The translations under genes were made by a program, and so were the position numbers. The notes beneath the pieces are model-generated. The model saw only the letters and a list, made by a program, of their open reading frames with translations, ran no database searches and was not told the origin of the DNA. A DNA stretch of 20,000 nucleotides from Paramecium tetraurelia. Lineage: Eukaryota. The number at the start of each line of letters is the position of its first letter. Positions within the stretch are counted from its first letter, which is position 1. The stretch is taken from NCBI GenBank assembly GCA_000165425.1, contig CT868541.1, forward strand, positions 411,876-431,875, read 5' to 3'. Below are positions 11,986 through 20,000 of this stretch, piece after piece.

Positions 11986-14900
11986 GGTTATTTCAGACAT
12001 GATATTAATTTTACTATCTGATCTCAACCTTGTTTCATGTAAACAAGTTCTACAATTACTAGTTGTTGTAATACAAGTTTATGTTTAATTTGTTAAAGCT
12101 ATCTTGATGGATCCATTATTTCTGTAGACTTCTTACAAGAAGAATTATATTTCTTAGACCTAACAGAAAGTTTATAGTAGACAAGATTCAGGTTCCTAAA
12201 GTGTATTATGTTTAAGGACGACTTGTATAATTACTGTTTGAAATTGTTTTCATCAGAGTAGAATCTGATTATTAATACTCAGTTAACATACAGATCTAGG
12301 ATGCCTGTTACATGGGAATCTCCTTCTTTTAATTGGGCTGACCCACTTGCATATTCTTGCCTTTCTTTCAGTAGTATTATCATAAGTTTAAGGCTAGAAA
12401 GTATAAGTAAAAAGGATGTATCAACTGAAAATACATTTAAAAGTCACATTTATATAATTAAGATATGAATATTTTGGAGTAAATAAATCATCAACTTGTG
12501 AATCAAACAGCTAATGAACAACCGATAAATTATAATCTTAAAAATGGCTTGATCAACCATCCAAAGATACTTTGTATCATTTGTTTAATATTATAATGCA
12601 CAGATTCTTGATTTGCTTGGACAGCTTTTAACCCTAAGTATCTTGTACAATTCTTGTACATAATACGCAAGAATGGAGGATAGTAGTCAATATTAGCTTC
12701 CAGTGGTTTCTCTATCCTCTGACTTGTGCCGTTAACATGGAAAAATAATGTGCTTATTATTGATACAATGAGCCAAATACTAGCCTTTTTCGTATATTCT
12801 TCTACATTATGGCAATCCTATGCTTTTAAATGCTTCCTTTATAATAATACCGTTGTAGATTATTTATTATATCATTTGGAGATATTTGTGAATAGAAAAA
12901 TTTTTAAATGTATTTAACAGCATAGTATCAATTTTAGATATATCAGATCTATTGCCACCTGGTTAAAAAAGAAGATATCTTTGACTTGTGCCTTATCTGT
13001 ATTTCCTATATACGACACCAGAGCCTACTTCAGGCTTGCATGTAAATTTAAGGAATTTAATGAAGAGGCTTAGTCGATTCAATATTATGATTTTCATCAC
13101 AAATTTGGGGCATCTATTTTATAGAAGCATAAAATATTCATTATATTATATGTTAAAATTGGATATAGTTTGCAAAGTATCCAAAAACAGAGAACAATTA
13201 ATAAATGCTTTCCCCAATCGCATTTAAAGACAAGCAACAGGCAATAATCATAACCTAATTATTATAGATAAGTTTAATAAAATTGTTTTTTGTTAAGTAA
13301 TACACGTAAGCATTTACAAAATCCTGGATTAGACATAGTTAATATTTGAGTAAAGTTTTGAGTAATTTTTAACTATTTGGAAGTGAACCAAATCATGACA
13401 ACAATCTCAGTGGCTGTGTTTGAACATTACTAGCTTTTGCGACTAATTTGTCAGAATAACTGAAATCAAAACATTTTCAAGTGAGTTTGCGAGTACATTT
13501 TTCTGATAATCTGAACATATTGTCTCTATAATGTTTGAGATCTATTTAATAATTTCTCCCAGGAATACAAGATACACAATCAAAGTTTGTTTGAGTTGAT
13601 GATTATGTCACCATTTTTATAAATAGCTGTCATTTGTGTATTTATAATATAAGTCAACATTTAGAATGTAAATGTTGATGAAGCTATAAAATTCATATTA
13701 ATAAATTATATGAAACTACCTTGGTTTCAATTAAACAATATCAAGCAGGTCTTAAATATCTTTTCAATAGGATATTCTACGTTTTTTAAAACAGAGTAAC
13801 TCTTATGGTAAGGTTTTCTGAATTCAGCTCTTGTGAGAACTTATGATGGAACATTTAAATCAAATCCAGAAAAAAGGAAAAAAACTCTGGTCACCATTAA
13901 TTTGACTTGATTTCTAAATAGAAAGGTGCAAGTTCATATGTACTTTATAAGCCTCTTAAGTCATCTTGGTTCCTTTCAGTATTTGTTTTGCTCATTCTAC
14001 CGACAAGGTTGAATATAAAGTACGCAATCAGATTTTAGGGAGGGCTAATAAAAATATCTAGAAATCTTATAAACAATCTCTGATACTCATAATATTCACT
14101 CAAAGACAAGAAGCCAACATTAATATCAAGAATTATTCACAAAATATCTTTTTATCTAAGAATAACAGTATATTTGGCTATTATTTAATCAAGTAGTGCA
14201 AACGATTAACATGGACTGTATTGAAATCAGAAATAACTCTGATAGACTAGTAAAAATGTTACTGTATAAGATAGAGCAGTTAGGTATGCTCTAATGTCAA
14301 TAACAAATATTGGTGCCAGAGCATAAATGGTTATGATATGATCGGCAATTATTTGTATAAGAAGCAACGGCTCCTCTATTTAAATAAATTCCAAAAGGAA
14401 AAAGGAAGAATATTTAATATATGTGCCAAACTTACACATGGTAAATTTTTTGATATTATTTCTTGATTTTTTATTGCAAAGCATTGATTTTTGTTCTTAG
14501 AATTCTATCAACAAATTATTTTAATTATTCACATCATGTGTGATTATCATCATAATTTGGAAAGCGTGCAGTGAAGTACAACTAAGAATCTATTCAAAGA
14601 ACGTTAATAATCATATCAATACATAAAATATAATGTTTTGATTTTAATGGTTTACTATAGTTGGACTCAAATAGTTTTTTTTATTGGCTCTACCGCCTTG
14701 ATATTTTTCAGGTTGTTAGTGATATTAAGATAGGCAAAAAATAATCCAATTAACGCTTTTGAATTATTCTCTTAATCTGCATCACAATATATCTCAATAA
14801 TAATGAAATACTCAACTACTGATATAATGCCAAAATTACTTTAAGCATATTTCTACTTTGTTATTTGAAGCCAAATATTTAATCATTCTCAACTCCTATT

Positions 14901-15439
14901 GGGATATACTTTCCTGAAGAAACATGTAAAGATTTCTGATAAGTTTTGTTTTCAGTACATTCAACATTTGTGATAAAACTTGGCCTTTTAGCTGTTTAAT
15001 TTCTAGAACTATAAAATTTTTTTCTATTTAAAATTTTATATAAACTTAGCATATCTTACAACTATTGCTATCCACCTTTTCTTCTTGTAGATTTCAAATG
15101 TAACTTTAACAACTTTATTAACTAAAAACAGTTGTTTATACTCAGCCTCATCTCCTTACTCAGTATGTAAGACATCATCAACAACTATTCAAAGAGATTA
15201 ATACGGAACTGTTTGCTTGTAGCTATGATCATTAAATTTATTATCATCTTGTCATACTCTAGCAACTATTTTATAATTTCTAGCATAACAAATCTTTTTC
15301 AACTTTATTATATGATGTAATAAGCATATAATTACTTTATTTAACTATTTTTAATATTGCAATATTGGATGTATTGTTATATACTAGAATATTATGTTTG
15401 CTGTTGAATGAATATCACTTTATATTGTTTAAATTTGCA

Positions 15440-16170
15440 AATCATTTGGAGATGCTGATTACTAATTTATAATAATTTTTATGGGTTCAACTATAATTCT
15501 ATCAATCCTAAATCTATGGTTCTTTGAGCTTCTTGCATTAACATGCAATAATTTATATGCTGATTTTTATAGTTATTTGGAATCTAATCATCGTTATATG
15601 CATTAAACTTTGGAGTTACTTCTTTCCATTTGCATTAAAAATTCTCTGAATATATAAATCTTAGGTCTTAAATGCAAGACTGAAGTAAACATATGACTCC
15701 ATTTTAGAATGGATGTTTTATTTGATAGAAATCGATCAATAAATGCGCTAATAATTGAGCTATATTTTATATTCAAGTTGATTTTAGTTCAAAGCAAATT
15801 CTTTCTGCATAAATCACCATATGCTGCCTGTAATTATTCTACTTCATATTTTAATAAAGCTGTCACTGTTATTTATTGCATTGATTGAAATTAATAACAA
15901 AAAAGATCGAAAATAGAACATTAATAATCCTAATGATATTTGAAATATTAAAGCGATTGAAGGTTTTCTCCATACTAAATCTATCTTGATTAAATCATTA
16001 ATAAGACCAAAAATCATATTTATGGAAAGTACAGCATGGCTAAATTTGAAAATATAGTTTAAGCTCAATGCTTTAGCATAATTCTAAGCAAGGGCTAAAA
16101 TGGATATATATGTAAAATAAATTCAGGAAGGAAAATTAACAGCAATCATAGTATCAGGATAAACCATAAG
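15440..16170 (-). pseudogene. Remnant of a multi-pass transmembrane protein gene
   Basis: Hydrophobic stretches (IYFTYISILALA; SIALIFQISLGLLMFYFRSFLLLISI) lie in one long frame punctuated by several in-frame TGA codons. Confidence 0.3.
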
Positions 16171-16746
16171 ATTAATGACCTTTAATTATTGCAATCAGAT
16201 CAAAATATTGCGTTTCAATCACATTTCATTCAAGAAAATTTAATGTATTAAAGTGATTTGAGGCATCAACCTGCATTCATGGCATTAATTATACTTGTTA
16301 TTTCACAAGTCAAGTCAATCATATTTTCATTTTTGCTTCATTATCTCAAAAATAAGACAATAATAAAAGATATTATTCCTTATGCTATTATTTCAATCCC
16401 TTTAACTAAAATATTAGAATATTCATAATGTCGAATTTCTTATTCTTAAAATTTGACAAAAAAAATCTTGAGACTAGAAAGCAGAGGAGATTATCTTTAT
16501 AAGTTTTATTTTTTAGATGAATGTGAAATGTCAAATACGTTCGAAATGCGATAACAAAAGTGAAAGAAGAACAACTTATCGTTTTTGAACCATTTAAATT
16601 ATCTTATAATTGAATAGGGAGTATTTCAAGAAAAAGATACAAACTAAATATATATAATAATATTATTTATGTTAAAAAATTATATCTCATCATGACTATT
16701 TTCTTTTTATATTATTAATCTCAACTACTAATCCATTAATAACTCG

Positions 16747-16857
16747 TTTGGGGTTGGGGTTGGGGTTGGGTTTGGGGTTGGGGTTGGGTTTGGGTTTGGG
16801 TTTGGGGTTGGGTTGGGTTTGGGTTTGGGTTTGGGTTTGGGGTGGGGTGGGGTGGGT
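16747..16857 (+). repeat. Telomeric repeat tract, mixed TTGGGG/TTTGGG (Paramecium aurelia-type)
   Basis: About 110 nt of G4T2 and G3T3 units with the G-rich strand running 5'->3' toward the gap, the orientation of a right chromosome end. It degrades to TGGGG at the distal end. Confidence 0.95.
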
Positions 16858-17007
16858 NNNNNNNNNNNNNNNNNNNNNNNNNNNNNNNNNNNNNNNNNNN
16901 NNNNNNNNNNNNNNNNNNNNNNNNNNNNNNNNNNNNNNNNNNNNNNNNNNNNNNNNNNNNNNNNNNNNNNNNNNNNNNNNNNNNNNNNNNNNNNNNNNNN
17001 NNNNNNN
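16858..17007. other. Assembly gap (150 N)
   Basis: Run of N. Confidence 1.
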
Positions 17008-17309
17008 AAAAGTTTTCCAAAAGTAAAATTATAATATAATTAATATTGATTTTATGGTTAAAAAAAATAATTTTTTTAATTCGGGGCTTATTTTTTTCTT
17101 TTTTTATTTATTAATTTTCAAATTGCTATATTCCATTAAATAACTTGGGGTGGAATTTAATCCCTGGCATTTTAGGGTTATACTTTTTAATTTCAAATTA
17201 AAATTAAATTTTTTTTGTTAAATTTTTTGGAGGAATTTCTTTATAAAGGAAGGGACCAATTTTTAAATTACAGTCTCCTTTAAAGTGCCATTTAATGAAT
17301 CGAGCTATG

Positions 17310-17620
17310 TCAAATTATTTATTTATCTCCATAAATTATATATTAAAGTAATTTTTGAATTTAGACAATAAATTTTTGTAACATGCACTTTAATGGCTCC
17401 GAGAACAAGAGATTGATATCAAAAAAATTACAATTCTTTGTAAAAATTTTGAATTAAAATGTTTTGTCCTAATGTTGCTATTCTACATTCTATCCTTCAT
17501 TCAAAATTGTTCTTAATAACATCTCACAAATGAATAATTACTATCTAGATTTGCTACTAAACTTAATCCGTTACTAGAAAACTTTATATTTTTGATTACC
17601 TCATGTATTTAATATAAAAT
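17310..17620 (-). pseudogene. Probable highly eroded copy of the TBC gene
   Basis: Weak collinear similarity to 680-1500: 17324 tatctccataa vs 687 tatcccataa; ~17419 tcaaaaaaattacaatt vs 911 tcaaaacagaaataacaatc; ~17574 ctagaaaacttt vs 1473 ctaaaacttt. Confidence 0.35.
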
Positions 17621-18359
17621 ATATATACTTATTGAACTAGATCTATAAATTTAATAATAATCAATAATTTTATTATCATCCAATTTCAAAAGTTATAGAA
17701 TAGAACTTTAAAAGGGAGTGATAATACAAATTAAGGAGGATGCTAAAATTTTTTAAGCACCATATTTTTATAATTACATTCAGAACTAAGGTATATCATA
17801 CAAAAATGATATTTTCAATCTAGAATATCATTCAGAAAAAATCCTTCGAATTCTATTGAAGCTTCAAGATGAATGTGATGATTATAAACAAAATTAAATA
17901 AATTTTGCATCCACAAGTGTGTTTAGTGGATTATTAAGAAGATAATGGTTTGGGTTAAAATTTAAACAAATGTTTGGTAAAAACTTTTAATATCATCTCT
18001 GATGATGATATTTAACTCTGTTGTATAATATTTCCAAATGATTGTTCAATTGGATATTAATTATTATTTAATTTAATATTAAAATATGGTTTATTAAATT
18101 GTGAAAGAAGATAATAATAAGATTTGAATTTTTAAATTATATAGGAGTAATGAATAGCTCAATAAATTTTAATTAATTTCTGTTTTATAATAATAAATCT
18201 AAAATAGTAGTTTTGTTTAGGGAATGGAATTATTTTGTGTATAGAAGATCAAAACTGAACACATCAAATTAAAATTTTTGATTTAGATCTTAATTTTTAT
18301 TATTACAATATTCACAAATTGAGAATATTTTTGTGAGTAAAGTCAAGTCCAATTCTTTA

Positions 18360-18850
18360 AACCTAACAATCCTTCATCCTTTTCATGTGACTTTGATACA
18401 ATTCCTCTAACTTTATTAACTCCATACCTAGATTATTGCCTTATTATTTAAACTCACATAGAAAACATCTGATCTGATATAAGATTCGACAAGCTAAGCG
18501 TTTATTCTAGTTTTGCATTACTTTTCTGAGAGCTTAACTGAATCTATAGAATAAGTCTTAATATTTTTCGCTGTATTCGTCATCAATAAAATATGAAAAT
18601 TCAATTTTTAGACTACTTCATCTTCAACACTCTTCATAATGTACTTTTATCTCTTACGATAATGTTATAAAATACCAGATGTTTTTGCTTCTAAAATTAA
18701 AATGTCATCAATTATTCACAATCATAATGTTCTTTCTTACAAGTGTAAAAATAAAGTTTCTAATATCATTGATAGTCTAATGTGATGATTTTGATAAATC
18801 CTGTTGCTTTATTACTTTCTTTCCATTTAAAAACCACGAATCTTCACATC
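18360..18850 (-). pseudogene. Collapsed CFAP57-like pseudogene (second copy)
   Basis: Near-exact anchors to the first copy in the same order: gatacaattcctcta (4441 / ~18395), agcttaactgaa (~5186 / 18531), gtattcgtcatcaa (5227 / 18573), tagactacttcatcttca (7903 / 18609), ctaatgtgatgattttga (8091 / 18777). Translates to fragments such as IMKSVEDEVVQ. Confidence 0.85.
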
Positions 18851-19754
18851 AATGCTATCAATGTTAGGGTTAGCTATTTATAATTAGCAATTGAATATAA
18901 ATCCCAATTTCACTTCTTTAGACTCCTCATAATATTGTCGTAAAATGTAGATGTGAATTGGGTTATATATCAAAAATAACTCAAACTTCAAAAATATTAT
19001 TCAATTTAATTTTTCGAAAGATTCTTTAATTCCCCTAAAAGTCAATAGATTTTCTAAAACTTACTTTTTTCAAAATCATTAAGCAAACTCGGAACTCCAG
19101 ATATTTACTTGAATAATGAGGAACGTTAAATAGTTATATATAAATTAGATTTTATAAACAACCTTAATATATCTTAATCGTTTTTTTTTGAAGAATCAGA
19201 TTGGTGAAGATGATTAGAAAGCAGTTTAAATTTTAAATGGGGTTGTGCACTAGAAGAGAATTGAGATCAAAGTTCTCATAATCCATGTTTTTATATTTAT
19301 TATTAGATTACTAAAATTTGTGAAGGCAAAAGAATTGTATTATTTTCTTGTAATCATAAAAACAAGAATGTGTATAATATTCAGGTCAAAACGAAAAAGA
19401 CCATAAGTACAAAACTTAGAACTAGCGAAAACTGGTACAGTTAATGATAGGTTGTAAATGAAATTTTTGTTTAGGATTTTGATTTATTTGAGAATGATTC
19501 TGCACATTAAATATCATAAGAATCAAAGAAAATAAAACAATAGGCTCGACAAGGTAAATGATTTAATATTTTTGAATCTATTGGGGATCTGGATGAGAAT
19601 AATCTTACAATACTATTCTAATTTTAATTTGGTTTCGTTGACTTTTTCAATAAGTTTGATTTTTATATATGTCTGTAAATACCACAATCTTTCTAAAAGG
19701 CTTTCTAATCGTTTCTTTTTTACTCTTGAATCCAGGACCTTTCTTTTTTATTAA

Positions 19755-19809
19755 GGGGTTGGGTTTGGGGTTTGTAATTGGCTCTGGGTTTGGGTTTGGG
19801 TTTGGGTTT
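19755..19809 (+). repeat. Interstitial telomere-like repeats
   Basis: ggggttgggtttggggttt, then a 12-nt spacer, then (gggttt)x4, flanked by non-telomeric sequence. Confidence 0.8.
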
Positions 19810-20000
19810 ATCATTGGAAGAGTTATTCTGTATGTGTTTGAAATTAGGTTAGGGCAAGGGATGAATGAAACTTTATGTGATAGAATATTCATAAAAATTA
19901 TAATGTATAATTATGATCTCCAACAGCATTAGTCAAAAATCAGGACCAAACCAAAAAACAACATCTAAAAGAAACCTCATATAGGAATAAGAACATAATG

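Noticed and set aside
12640..12995. Short repeats (tcttgtaca x2 near 12642-12660; tgacttgtgcc at ~12720 and ~12982)
   Set aside because: Too short and too few to indicate a CRISPR array, LTR or terminal repeat.
10490..16740. TGA reassignment or read-through as the explanation for interrupted frames
   Set aside because: The intact genes use TGA as their terminator, and the interrupted regions also show frame switches, which fits decay better.
16600..16746. Tetrahymena-type chromosome breakage sequence near the telomere
   Set aside because: No TAAACCAACCTCTTT-like motif is seen, and none is expected in Paramecium.
16736..17039. ORF-track entries with GL/WV/PQ/PN repeats and X runs
   Set aside because: They are translations of telomeric repeats and the N gap.
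19572..19932. ORFs with NPNPNP / GFGFGF repeats
   Set aside because: They are produced by the interstitial telomeric repeats and have no other coding support.

Overview
Very AT-rich ciliate DNA, most consistent with a Paramecium (aurelia-type) macronuclear scaffold end. Genes read through TAA/TAG as Gln (translation table 6, TGA the only stop) and carry tiny 22-28 nt GT-AG introns, so the supplied standard-code ORF track is largely uninformative. The left ~8.8 kb is a compact minus-strand gene run: a TBC/Rab-GAP gene, a small MGCxxS protein, a probable pseudokinase, a CFAP57/WDR65-like gene broken by about ten frame disruptions, and a 153-aa hypothetical. From ~8.9 to 16.7 kb there are only broken coding remnants. 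These end in a mixed G4T2/G3T3 telomere tract (16747-16857) and a 150-N gap. After the gap lies a collinear, heavily deleted and diverged copy of the left gene block, followed by interstitial telomeric repeats. I found no convincing new biological system. The most notable signals are the collapsed duplicate, the homopolymer-biased frameshifts in CFAP57, and the altered catalytic motifs in the kinase and TBC proteins. All translations and alignments were done by eye.
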